From positions 40,656 to 104,655 of the IMG/VR virus record IMGVR_UViG_3300032236_000548: a stretch of 64,000 nucleotides of DNA; one strand, 5' to 3'. Below the pieces are notes generated by a model. That model did no database searches, was not told where the DNA came from, and saw only the letters and a program-made list of their open reading frames with translations. Both the position numbers and the translations under genes were made by a program. Source of the stretch: a virus. This document shows, in pieces, positions 48,437 through 57,813 of the stretch; position 1 is the first letter of the stretch; each line of letters begins with the position of its first letter.

Positions 48437-48465
48437 ATATATAAAGAGAATAACGGAGTATACTC

Positions 48466-49950
48466 ATGCCACCAGAATTAGATAATCAAGACCCAGAACT
48501 AGACGCACCAGAGATGGGCGCAGAAGATCCAGCAATGGGCGAGCCAGACGCTGAGCCAGAAATGGCTGAACCAACCGGTGATTCCGAAGTAATCGGACTA
48601 CACGGTGATGAAGGCGACCGCGAAGGTGCAATGGCTAAAGCTGATTTGTTTAAATTAGCTAACTATTCACACAAATTGTACCAACAATTGAATGACGAAG
48701 ATCAATTAGAGTCATGGGTACAAGCAAAGATTACTAAAGCGGCTGACTACATTGCGTCAGTATATCACTATTTAGAATATGAAATGAAGTTCAGCGAATA
48801 TGGACATCATTTAGATAACAGCGACACATTGAGCGAATCACAAAAACGTGCTCTTAAAAATCGCTTAATGGAGGCTAAAATGAGAATTAAAGAATTGAAA
48901 CAAGCACAAGCAGAAAAAGTTACTATCGCAGAAGGTATTTTACGTGGCGGTGAACATGAGTGTGCTGAATGCGGTGGTACTGGTATTGTTCATATGCCTG
49001 GTATTGAGCCAAGCGAAAAAGCAAAACGTCTAGCTAAAAAGCATGACACTTCTACTCGCGCACACTTTGCGGCTATGAAGCGTTTGCAAGCTGAAGGCGA
49101 TGACGAAATGGAAGAAGGCTTTGAAGCAGGTGCTAAGGCTGGTTCAGAATTCAAAACAAAGACTGGTGTTGCTACAAAAACTCCAACAGGTTTAAAGCAC
49201 ACAAATACAAGTCATAGTGATGAAGAGCATGGCGAGCCACCAAGCAAAGTTAAAGCTCGTTCAGCGGCTGACAAAGCAGGCGAGAAAGCTCAAGACAAAG
49301 CTGACGAGAAAGAATCTAAAGCATGGGGCAAAGCTAATCCAGGTAAGCAACACATCTACAAAGATGGTAAGAAAGTTAACGAAGCCAAACTAAAAGGCAA
49401 GCAGACTAAGTTAGATGTTGATAAAGATGGCGACATTGAAGCAGACGACCTAGCTGACTTACGTGCTGGCAAGAAGGCTAAGAAAGTTTCTGAGGCTGCT
49501 AAACCAAGTGCTGGTTTAAGCAAAGAGAAAAAATCTGCTGTAGTTAAGAAAGCCAAAGCTGGTGGAGACATTGGTAAGCCAGGTAAGAGCTTTGACAAAG
49601 TAGCTAAGGCTGCTGGTGGTGGTAAGAAAGGCGAGAAGATTGCCGCTGCCGCTATGTGGAAGAACATTAAAGAAACTACTGCATACCTAGCTGAAAAGAA
49701 AAAGAAAGAAAAAATGACTGATGAGAATTTAACAGTTGTTCCAAATCCATCAGGTGCTAAGGATGCTGAAGAAGCTAAGAAATTAGGTGCCGCAATGCCT
49801 AAGCCAGCAGGTTCAGCAAAAGATCCAATCAGCGAATCAGCACGTTTACGTGAATTAACTGGACGTTTGAACCGTGCTGAAAGACCAGCATTAGTTGAAA
49901 ATCGTGAAGTTGATCAAATCCGTGCATTGACACAACGTCTATTGGGATAA
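48466..49950 (+). CDS. large K/E-rich probable internal head protein
   Basis: TAAATA at 48434-48439; LESWVQAKITKAADY, CAECGGTG, DVDKDGD, many [LIV]xE sites. Confidence 0.65.
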   Translation: MPPELDNQDPELDAPEMGAEDPAMGEPDAEPEMAEPTGDSEVIGLHGDEGDREGAMAKADLFKLANYSHKLYQQLNDEDQLESWVQAKITKAADYIASVYHYLEYEMKFSEYGHHLDNSDTLSESQKRALKNRLMEAKMRIKELKQAQAEKVTIAEGILRGGEHECAECGGTGIVHMPGIEPSEKAKRLAKKHDTSTRAHFAAMKRLQAEGDDEMEEGFEAGAKAGSEFKTKTGVATKTPTGLKHTNTSHSDEEHGEPPSKVKARSAADKAGEKAQDKADEKESKAWGKANPGKQHIYKDGKKVNEAKLKGKQTKLDVDKDGDIEADDLADLRAGKKAKKVSEAAKPSAGLSKEKKSAVVKKAKAGGDIGKPGKSFDKVAKAAGGGKKGEKIAAAAMWKNIKETTAYLAEKKKKEKMTDENLTVVPNPSGAKDAEEAKKLGAAMPKPAGSAKDPISESARLRELTGRLNRAERPALVENREVDQIRALTQRLLG

Positions 49951-49957
49951 TATTCCG

Positions 49958-51304
49958 ATGGACATGAAGCGCATACTACAGGCGATGGATGGTGTTGCTA
50001 CAAAGCCTGTAGCAGGTGCTAATGACATGGCACGATTCTTACGTGCTGTTACAGAAGCCGATATCAATCAAGAAGTCGTTGAAGACGAAGTAATTGACAA
50101 TGGAGATGGTTCTACTAGAACTAATCATCCAGACGGGACATATACTATATCCGACGGTGGCGGTATCACAACATACGATGCCCAAGGAACTGTTATTAAA
50201 CATAACAGTCCTAGCTTTGCTGGATATTCGCAATCAACAGATAGTAAAGGTCAAGTTACAAAAAACTTTAACCAAGGGCCTATGAGTATACAGCAAGGTC
50301 CACAAGGAACTACTGCTAACTATCAATTAGGAGATAAGAATTTACAAACAACTGTTAAAGAAGACAGTTTAAGTAAATTCCTGTCAATTATCGATAAAAA
50401 TAATGTTAGTATTCTTAACGAAGGTGCTAACCCGCATAAAGTCAGTTTGCCAGTACAAATGGCAATGCAACATTATCAAAAGCCACAAGAGCCTATTAAA
50501 ACTGTAGGACGTAACAATACGTTTGGCAAATACTTCCACAAAGTAGAACAAGAAGTTAACGAAGCTGTTGCAGAAGAACAAGCACAAAAACGTCAACTAA
50601 TTAATCAGTATGCTAGTGTTATTGCTGAACGTGTCTTAATGAAAGAAGCCGCTAATCCAGCACAACAGGCTGCTATTGCTATTTCTAAAAAGAAAGAACA
50701 ACAAGCAGACGAAAGCCTTAAGTCAGACAATCCATGCTGGAAGGGATATCATCCTGTAGGTACTAAGAAGAAGGGCGGGCGTACTGTTCCTAACTGTGTA
50801 CCAACTAACGAAAATGAAATTCCAGGACATAGTATGGGATTTACCGGTGGAGTTGGTCCAGGCATTCAGAGTAGTGTTGCTGAAACTCCGTTAGAATTAG
50901 ATCGCGATAATCCAATGGCTAGTATGGTACATAGTCATCAAGGTGCTAATCCTGGCAGTATTGAATATCGTATTATGCGAGCACGTCGTCAATTACAAGA
51001 TTTGGCTAAACAAGCTGAAAGCGATAGTCCGCTAGTATGGCAACACATTGCTAGATTATTTCCAGAACTAGCAATGAACATTGAGCAAATTAATCACGGA
51101 CTTGGTGAATTAAAGAACATCCGTAGCAAAGGCGGAAAGAATAGCAAAAATATTCCTGCCTTAGAATCCGTATTGCCAACAATTAAACCAAAAACAATTA
51201 AACCAAAAGCAAAGACAAGCGTATGTAAAGCTGGTCAAGTGCAAACTGGAATGCAAACAAAGGATGGTAAATCTGTGCCCAAGTGCTCAGTAACTAAGAA
51301 ATAA
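49958..51304 (+). CDS. probable internal head protein with CWKGY-type Cys modules
   Basis: MDMKRIL..MD leader; PCWKGY..VGTK.K.GR.VPNCVP and a second degenerate copy at the C-terminus. Confidence 0.62.
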   Translation: MDMKRILQAMDGVATKPVAGANDMARFLRAVTEADINQEVVEDEVIDNGDGSTRTNHPDGTYTISDGGGITTYDAQGTVIKHNSPSFAGYSQSTDSKGQVTKNFNQGPMSIQQGPQGTTANYQLGDKNLQTTVKEDSLSKFLSIIDKNNVSILNEGANPHKVSLPVQMAMQHYQKPQEPIKTVGRNNTFGKYFHKVEQEVNEAVAEEQAQKRQLINQYASVIAERVLMKEAANPAQQAAIAISKKKEQQADESLKSDNPCWKGYHPVGTKKKGGRTVPNCVPTNENEIPGHSMGFTGGVGPGIQSSVAETPLELDRDNPMASMVHSHQGANPGSIEYRIMRARRQLQDLAKQAESDSPLVWQHIARLFPELAMNIEQINHGLGELKNIRSKGGKNSKNIPALESVLPTIKPKTIKPKAKTSVCKAGQVQTGMQTKDGKSVPKCSVTKK

Positions 51305-51316
51305 CAGGAAGATGAT

Positions 51317-53923
51317 ATGAACTTAAGAGACTTAATGACTAAACTTGATACAATTTCAGAAGCAGATTCTACTGGCCGTATCGATTATAAAGCCAATCAA
51401 GCCCAAGATGCTAAAGAGAAGGCAATTGCCGATGTTAAACAAATGGCAAGTACACCGTTGAATAGCATTCCTCGTTTTGGTGTTGCTATTGATCCAAAAA
51501 CTGGACAAATTTTCTACGGTGATGCTGGCGGAGAAACTGGTAACCCATCACCAAAAGGTTATCCATACAAGTGGATGCAACCAAACGGTCCAGCCGAAAG
51601 TGTTAGAGATGGCAATCGTATTCGTGCATCAGGTTTAGAAATTGTAGAAAAGAATGGTTATGCTTATGTCGATCCTACTAAACTTGCAACAATTGGTGAC
51701 GGTGGTGGTGGCAAACCTGATAACAAACCAGTAGGTCCACAAGGTAAAGATACAAGTGCAGACGATGCCGCAAAGTTAGAAGCATTGACAAATCAATTAG
51801 ATGCACTATTGCAAGGCGGTGGCGGTGGACAGCCTGTAACTCCACATCCTCATATTCCTCCAAAGATCGATCCTAAGACTGGAAAACCATTTAATTGGAA
51901 GGAACTTGCGGCCGCTGGTGCAGTAAGTGCGATGCCAGGAGCAATGGTTGGCGGACTACCAGGTGCGGCTCTTACTGGTGCAACTGGCGCCGGTGTCGAT
52001 GCATATCATCAACTACATAAAGAAGGTAAAGAATATAGTATTGCTCAAGCATTAGTTGAAAGTTTTGATTATCAATTAAATGAAAAGCAATCCTGGATGG
52101 GAGATATTCCAGGCGCTAACTATGATGCATCATTTGGTGTTAAACAACCTGAAGCTCCTGTATACGATCCTAATCAAAAATATAGAGATGCATTAGCAAA
52201 TCAAGATAAAGTAGCGGCTGAAAAGAAAGCCGCATCTGATGCTAGATTAAAATCAATGATGCCCGAACCAACAGCACCTGCTACAACAGCTCCGGCTAAG
52301 ACAGCTCCTAATTTTGGTGGCGGTCAAATGCAAGGTAACGTATCTAGTGTCAAATACGACGCACCAAACTTAACAAAAGTTGCACCGTCTAGTGCTGCCG
52401 CAGGTGCAGAAACAAAGATTGCTACCAGTTTAGAAAAAGCTGGTGTGCCAATTGCTAAAAATGCCGAACAAGCTGCCGCAACTGTTGCCGCTAAAGCTGG
52501 TACTAAAGCCGGTGGAAAGATTTTAAGTAAACTAATTCCTGGTGTTGGATTAGTTGTAGGTACTATCGATGCCGTTAAACGTGCTCAAGAAGGCGACTGG
52601 ACTGGGGCCGCAATGGCAGGTGCTAGTGGTTTATTGAGTTTAGTACCAGGTGTAGGTGGTGCAGTTGCTATGGGATTAGATGCCGCTAACATTGCACGTG
52701 ACTACAAAGCTGGCAAATTTAGTTCCGACGGCGGCGCTGGTGGTGGTGGCGCACACGGTGGTTCTACTACCGGCGGTGATGCAAAACTAGTTCAATTACA
52801 AAAAATAATTGGAGCTAAACCAGATGGGTTGATGGGGCCGGAAACTAGCGAAAAGCTAAAAGCATGGCAACAAAAGAATGGTATTAAAGTAGACGGTCAA
52901 CCAGGCCCAGAAACTTATGGCAAAGCTGGTATTAAAGAAGAACAAGTTACTGTTGCAGAAAGTATCCGCAACATGCAACAACGTCTACAGTTAATTGAAA
53001 CTAAAGCACAGATTAAACAAAAACTAGAACAACGCTATCACTTAGACGAGTACTGCTACATGTACAATAGTCGTGGTGAGCAAATTACAGACTTAGTTGA
53101 AATTGCTGTTATTAACGAAGCATATGCAAACGGTGAAGTTGATATCGACGAAGGTGTTTGGAGTGACTTGTTTAAGGGCGGAATGGAATACGGCGGTAAA
53201 GCTCTAAAAGGTATTAAAGACTTTACAGGTGCCGCAGTTAAAGGCGGCGCAAGTCCAGCGGCAGCAGAAAGATTAGCAGGACAGGCTGGTATTACTGGTG
53301 CTAAGAAAGCTGGTTTGAAAACTGGTGCGGCTATTGCTAAAAATCCAATTAAAGCAGCCTTAGGTGCTACAGCATTAGGCGCAGGTGCCGGTTTAGCATT
53401 AGGCGGCGGCAAACCTACAACTACTACAGACACCGGAGGTGGTGGCGGTGGTGGAGGTGGTGGCGGTGGTGGTGGAGGTGGTGGTTCACAAACCGGCACA
53501 ACTGATACTCCAGCAACTCCTACTGATCCAAAGATCCAAGAGATTATCAAGCAAATGAAAGAGTTAATGATGTCGCACGGTGATGAACCAAACCCAGCAC
53601 CAATTTGGGTACAAGCAACATCACATGCTCAAGCAGTTATTGATAAAGCTGAACATGCTAGCAAAGAACAAACTGCTTCCGATGCCAAAGCTTCTCAAGC
53701 AGACAAGACTGCGGTAGCAGGTGCTACTCCAACAACTACTCCAGATAGTGGTCAAGCTGGTAGCCCAGCTGGAACAACTGGTACTCCAAAATCAAATGCA
53801 GTTAATGTTAGTGGAGCGGCAGATATTCCAGGAGTCAAAAGCGATAAACAAGATTCAACAGTGAAAGTTTATAAAGAAGATGATGAACTAGCTCGTTGGT
53901 TAAGAATCGCCCGCGGACAGTAA
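51317..53923 (+). CDS. large protein with peptidoglycan-binding domain and Gly/Ala-rich hydrophobic segments (probable ejection protein)
   Basis: VQLQK.IG.KPDG.MGPET...LKAWQ.KNG.KVDG..GPET (PG_binding_1-like); poly-Gly linker; leader MNLRDLMTKLDTISE. Confidence 0.65.
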   Translation: MNLRDLMTKLDTISEADSTGRIDYKANQAQDAKEKAIADVKQMASTPLNSIPRFGVAIDPKTGQIFYGDAGGETGNPSPKGYPYKWMQPNGPAESVRDGNRIRASGLEIVEKNGYAYVDPTKLATIGDGGGGKPDNKPVGPQGKDTSADDAAKLEALTNQLDALLQGGGGGQPVTPHPHIPPKIDPKTGKPFNWKELAAAGAVSAMPGAMVGGLPGAALTGATGAGVDAYHQLHKEGKEYSIAQALVESFDYQLNEKQSWMGDIPGANYDASFGVKQPEAPVYDPNQKYRDALANQDKVAAEKKAASDARLKSMMPEPTAPATTAPAKTAPNFGGGQMQGNVSSVKYDAPNLTKVAPSSAAAGAETKIATSLEKAGVPIAKNAEQAAATVAAKAGTKAGGKILSKLIPGVGLVVGTIDAVKRAQEGDWTGAAMAGASGLLSLVPGVGGAVAMGLDAANIARDYKAGKFSSDGGAGGGGAHGGSTTGGDAKLVQLQKIIGAKPDGLMGPETSEKLKAWQQKNGIKVDGQPGPETYGKAGIKEEQVTVAESIRNMQQRLQLIETKAQIKQKLEQRYHLDEYCYMYNSRGEQITDLVEIAVINEAYANGEVDIDEGVWSDLFKGGMEYGGKALKGIKDFTGAAVKGGASPAAAERLAGQAGITGAKKAGLKTGAAIAKNPIKAALGATALGAGAGLALGGGKPTTTTDTGGGGGGGGGGGGGGGGGSQTGTTDTPATPTDPKIQEIIKQMKELMMSHGDEPNPAPIWVQATSHAQAVIDKAEHASKEQTASDAKASQADKTAVAGATPTTTPDSGQAGSPAGTTGTPKSNAVNVSGAADIPGVKSDKQDSTVKVYKEDDELARWLRIARGQ

Positions 53924-53926
53924 AAT

Positions 53927-53952
53927 AAATGGCAGACTAGTTCTGCCATTTT
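53927..53952 (+). terminator. intrinsic terminator
   Basis: AAATGGCAGA-ctagt-TCTGCCATTTT. Confidence 0.75.
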
Positions 53953-53974
53953 CACCTCTAAAATTTCTTAAAGG

Positions 53975-54003
53975 TTGATTTTGTAAGATAAGTAGTTTAT
54001 AAT
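53975..54003 (+). promoter_or_regulatory. sigma70-type promoter
   Basis: TTGATT, 17 bp, TATAAT; AAGGAG RBS downstream. Confidence 0.6.
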
Positions 54004-54025
54004 AGGCAAATAAAGGAGAATTAAT

Positions 54026-54283
54026 ATGGCAGGTCGTTCATACGGTGCAGAAGAAAAGGCAAAATTAGAGCGTTTGATTTCGGAAGGTAGTACAGTACTA
54101 CGTGAAATTGAAGACTTATCAGAAGGCTTAAAAGAAACTGTTAAAGCAGTTGCAGAAGAACTACAGGTAAAACCTAGTGTTATTAATCGTGCTATTAAGA
54201 TTGCTCATAAAGGCGATTGGAGTTCGCATAACGAAGACTGGGAAGAAATTGAAGCAATTTTGGATATCACCAAGCGTATCTAA
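54026..54283 (+). CDS. small dsDNA-binding protein (T4 DsbA / GapR-like)
   Basis: Helical 85 aa, E..DL.E.LKE.VK...EE....PS.IN...K pattern; immediately upstream of the DNA polymerase gene. Confidence 0.55.
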   Translation: MAGRSYGAEEKAKLERLISEGSTVLREIEDLSEGLKETVKAVAEELQVKPSVINRAIKIAHKGDWSSHNEDWEEIEAILDITKRI

Positions 54284-54365
54284 TAAGTATTGCTAGGAAA
54301 GGTCGGCGGACCATAATCCGCACAAAGGGTATTTGCAAGCCTAAAATTGCAATGGAGAAGAAACT

Positions 54366-57035
54366 ATGTCTTATGTAGACGCATGGTTTGACCGCGAGAA
54401 CGACATCGTTAAAGTGGTTGAACGCAACAAGAAAGGCGATAGGGAATTTAGAGACATTCCTGTACGCCATACATTTTATGTAAAAGACCCACGCGGCAAA
54501 TTTCAATCAATCTATGGAGATGCACTAACACGCATTGTCTGTAAGAACACAAAAGAACTACGCAAAGAACAAGCCATTAACAGTGGCAAGGAAATGTTTG
54601 AATCAGACATTAATCCAATCTTTGTAACATTAAGTGAAAACTATCTTAATCAAGATGCTCCAAAATTAAATGTAGCATTTTTCGATATTGAGGTAGATTT
54701 CGATCCAGAGCGAGGCTATGCTAGTCCAGACGATGCATTTATGCCAATTACTGCGATTGCAATCTACCTACAATGGTTAGAGACTATGGTATGTTTAGCA
54801 ATTCCGCCTAAAGGTTTAAAGATGGAAAATGCTAAGGAAATGGTTAAAGAATTTCCTAATACTATGTTGTTTGATAACGAAGCAGATTTACTAGATACGT
54901 TTTTAGATTTAATTAAAGACGCAGATATTATTAGTGGTTGGAATAGCGAAGGCTTCGATATCCCGTATACTACTAACCGCGTTACAAAAGTTTTAAGCAA
55001 AGAAGATACTAGACGTTTTTGTTTGTTTGATCAGTTTCCAAAAAAACGTGAATACGAAAAGTTTGGTCGTCAAAGTACAACATACGATTATATCGGTCGT
55101 GTACACTTAGACTATCTAGAGCTATATCGTAAGTACACATATGAAGAACGCCATAGCTATCGACTAGATGCTATTGCCGAATATGAACTAGGCAAACGTA
55201 AAACACAATACGAAGGCACTTTGGATCAGTTATACAACAATGACTTTAAAACATTTGTTGAATACAACATCAATGACTGTAAACTGCTTGACGATTTAGA
55301 CAAGAAGTTAAAGTTTATGGATCTTGCCAATACGCTGGCTCATGAAAATACAGTATTGCTCCAAACAACTATGGGCGCAGTTGCGGTTACTGAACAAGCT
55401 ATTATTAACGAATCTCATCGCCGAGGTTTTCAAGTTCCTAATAGAACTAAAATGAGCGAGCGTGAAGAAAATACTGCGGCCGCTGGTGCGTATGTTGCAT
55501 ATCCTAAAGAAGGCATACACGACTGGATTGGATCTTTAGATATTAACTCACTGTATCCATCAGCTATTCGTGCGTTAAACATGGGTCCTGAAACTATTAT
55601 CGGTCAGCTTCGTCAAACAATGACGGAAGAGTTTATTGAAGCACAGATGGCAAAGGGCAAATCATTTGCGGCTGCATGGGAAGGTATCTTTGGATCATTA
55701 GAATACACAGCAGTAATGGAACAAGAAATTGGAACTGACATTACTATTGACTGGGAAGATGGTTCTAGTGATATTCTAAGTGCCGCAGAAGTATACAGAC
55801 TTATTTTTGAAAGTAACCAGCCTTGGGTACTCAGTGCGAACGGAACAATCTTTACTTACGAGAAAGAAGGTATTATTCCTGGACTATTAAAACGTTGGTA
55901 TGCTGAACGTAAAGAGATGCAGGCCAAATTAAAAGAAGCAATCAAAGCTGGTAATAAGATTGAAGAAGAATACTGGGATAAACGACAACTAGTTAAGAAG
56001 ATTAATTTGAACAGTTTGTATGGTGCTATTCTTAACAGCGGCTGTCGCTTCTTTGATAAACGTATTGGTCAAAGTACGACACTTACTGGTCGACAAATTG
56101 TTCGTCATATGGCAGGTAAAGTAAATGAAATCATTGCTGGCGAATATGATTATCGCGGTAAGGCAGTTATATATGGCGATACGGACTCTTGTTACTTTAC
56201 AGCCTATACTACTTTGAAGAAAGATATCGACAAAGGACTTATTCCTTGGACTAAAGAAACTGTTATCCAACTATACGATACTATCGGAGAAGAAGTTAAT
56301 ACTACGTTCCCACAATTTATGTTGGATACATTCCATGTACCTAAAAGCCGCGGTGAAGTTATTAAAGCAGGACGTGAAATTGTCGGTAGTAAGAGTTTGT
56401 TTATTACTAAAAAACGTTATGCTGTTCTTTATTACGATAAAGAAGGCAAGCGTACTGACGTTGATGGCAAACCAGGCAAGATTAAAGCCATGGGCTTGGA
56501 TCTAAAACGTTCAGACACTCCTGAATTTATTCAAGACTTCTTAAGTGAAGTGTTGGAAATGGTACTTATGGGTAAACCTGAACAAGAAGTGTTGGATCAT
56601 ATTAGCGAGTTTCGTATGAGATTCAAGGGAAGACCAGGTTGGGAAAAAGGTTCGCCTAAACGTGCTAATAAAATTACCGAGTATAACGGTAAAGAAGTCA
56701 AGTCCGGCAAGACTAACATGCCTGGACACGTTCGTGCAAGTATTAACTGGAACACACTAAAGCGTATTTTCGACGACAAATACTCTATGAGTATTACTGA
56801 CGGTGCTAAAGTTATTGTTTGCAAGCTCAAACCTAACCCACTAGGCTTTACTAGTGTAGCATATCCAGTGGATGAGCTACGTTTACCACAGTGGTTTAAG
56901 GATCTACCGTTCGATCATGCAGAAATGGAACAGACAATTATCGATAATAAGTTAGAAAACTTAATCGGTGTATTGAAATGGGACATTGCTAGTACTGAAG
57001 AGAAGAACACATTTAACAGTTTATTCGAGTTCTAA
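54366..57035 (+). CDS. family B DNA polymerase (T4 gp43-like)
   Basis: ExoI FDIEV, ExoII GWNSEGFDIPY, ExoIII YNIND, DINSLYPS, KINLNSLYG, YGDTDS, KKRY. Confidence 0.96.
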   Translation: MSYVDAWFDRENDIVKVVERNKKGDREFRDIPVRHTFYVKDPRGKFQSIYGDALTRIVCKNTKELRKEQAINSGKEMFESDINPIFVTLSENYLNQDAPKLNVAFFDIEVDFDPERGYASPDDAFMPITAIAIYLQWLETMVCLAIPPKGLKMENAKEMVKEFPNTMLFDNEADLLDTFLDLIKDADIISGWNSEGFDIPYTTNRVTKVLSKEDTRRFCLFDQFPKKREYEKFGRQSTTYDYIGRVHLDYLELYRKYTYEERHSYRLDAIAEYELGKRKTQYEGTLDQLYNNDFKTFVEYNINDCKLLDDLDKKLKFMDLANTLAHENTVLLQTTMGAVAVTEQAIINESHRRGFQVPNRTKMSEREENTAAAGAYVAYPKEGIHDWIGSLDINSLYPSAIRALNMGPETIIGQLRQTMTEEFIEAQMAKGKSFAAAWEGIFGSLEYTAVMEQEIGTDITIDWEDGSSDILSAAEVYRLIFESNQPWVLSANGTIFTYEKEGIIPGLLKRWYAERKEMQAKLKEAIKAGNKIEEEYWDKRQLVKKINLNSLYGAILNSGCRFFDKRIGQSTTLTGRQIVRHMAGKVNEIIAGEYDYRGKAVIYGDTDSCYFTAYTTLKKDIDKGLIPWTKETVIQLYDTIGEEVNTTFPQFMLDTFHVPKSRGEVIKAGREIVGSKSLFITKKRYAVLYYDKEGKRTDVDGKPGKIKAMGLDLKRSDTPEFIQDFLSEVLEMVLMGKPEQEVLDHISEFRMRFKGRPGWEKGSPKRANKITEYNGKEVKSGKTNMPGHVRASINWNTLKRIFDDKYSMSITDGAKVIVCKLKPNPLGFTSVAYPVDELRLPQWFKDLPFDHAEMEQTIIDNKLENLIGVLKWDIASTEEKNTFNSLFEF

Positions 57036-57036
57036 T

Positions 57037-57813
57037 ATGGAAATTATAATTGCAGGATACGGATTTGTCGGCAAAGCAGTAAGCGAGGGTATTAAACATG
57101 CTCATACTACTTGCATTGTTGATCCAAAATATACTACAGCCGAAATAAAACACTTTCCAATGGCTGATGGCATTGTCATTTGCGTAGGAACGCCTAGCGA
57201 TCCTACAGGCGATTGCGATGTTAGTCAAATTTATAGTGTTTTAGACGATACACCTATACATATACCAGTACTAATCAAGTCGACTGTTCCTCCAGATTAC
57301 TTGGAAAAGATTATGACAACATACAAAGATCATAGTATTTGTTATAGTCCTGAGTTTTTACGTGCGGCTACTGCTAATGAAGACTTTGCAAATCAAACAT
57401 ACATGGTGTTAGGTGGTGACGATCCAGAAGGCTTTTGGCATTCTGTGTTTCAATCCGCATTGCCTAACTGTAAAGTAATCTTTAATACTAGTATCACCGA
57501 AGCTAGTATGATCAAATATGCTACTAATTGCTTCTTAAGTGTTAAAGTAACCTTTTTTAATCAGCTATACGATACATGTAAGCAAAATGGTGCAGATTTT
57601 AACCTTGTAAGACAAGTACTACTACACGATAAACGTATTGGTAACAGTCATACTATGGTGCCTGGTACAGATGGAACACGTGGTTTTGGCGGCGCTTGCT
57701 TTCCAAAAGACACAAACGCATACATGTTATATTCAGATCGAGTAAATCAATCGCATACATTGGTCGAATCGGCAATAAAATATAACAAGAAAATAAGAAA
57801 AACATTGACATAG
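57037..57813 (+). CDS. UDP-glucose/GDP-mannose dehydrogenase family protein (lacking C-terminal domain)
   Basis: IAGYGFVG, ICVGTP, IKSTVPP, SPEFLR, KYATN.FL..KV.FFN, GFGGACFPKD; start at 57037. Confidence 0.85.
   Translation: MEIIIAGYGFVGKAVSEGIKHAHTTCIVDPKYTTAEIKHFPMADGIVICVGTPSDPTGDCDVSQIYSVLDDTPIHIPVLIKSTVPPDYLEKIMTTYKDHSICYSPEFLRAATANEDFANQTYMVLGGDDPEGFWHSVFQSALPNCKVIFNTSITEASMIKYATNCFLSVKVTFFNQLYDTCKQNGADFNLVRQVLLHDKRIGNSHTMVPGTDGTRGFGGACFPKDTNAYMLYSDRVNQSHTLVESAIKYNKKIRKTLT

Noticed and set aside
53435-53485. (GGT/GGC/GGA)n tract as a contingency or phase-variation repeat
   Set aside because: In-frame triplets with mixed synonymous codons encoding a poly-Gly linker; slippage would not shift the frame.
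53056-53550. 164-aa minus-strand poly-Pro ORF
   Set aside because: Antisense mirror of the Gly/Ala-rich region of 51317-53923.
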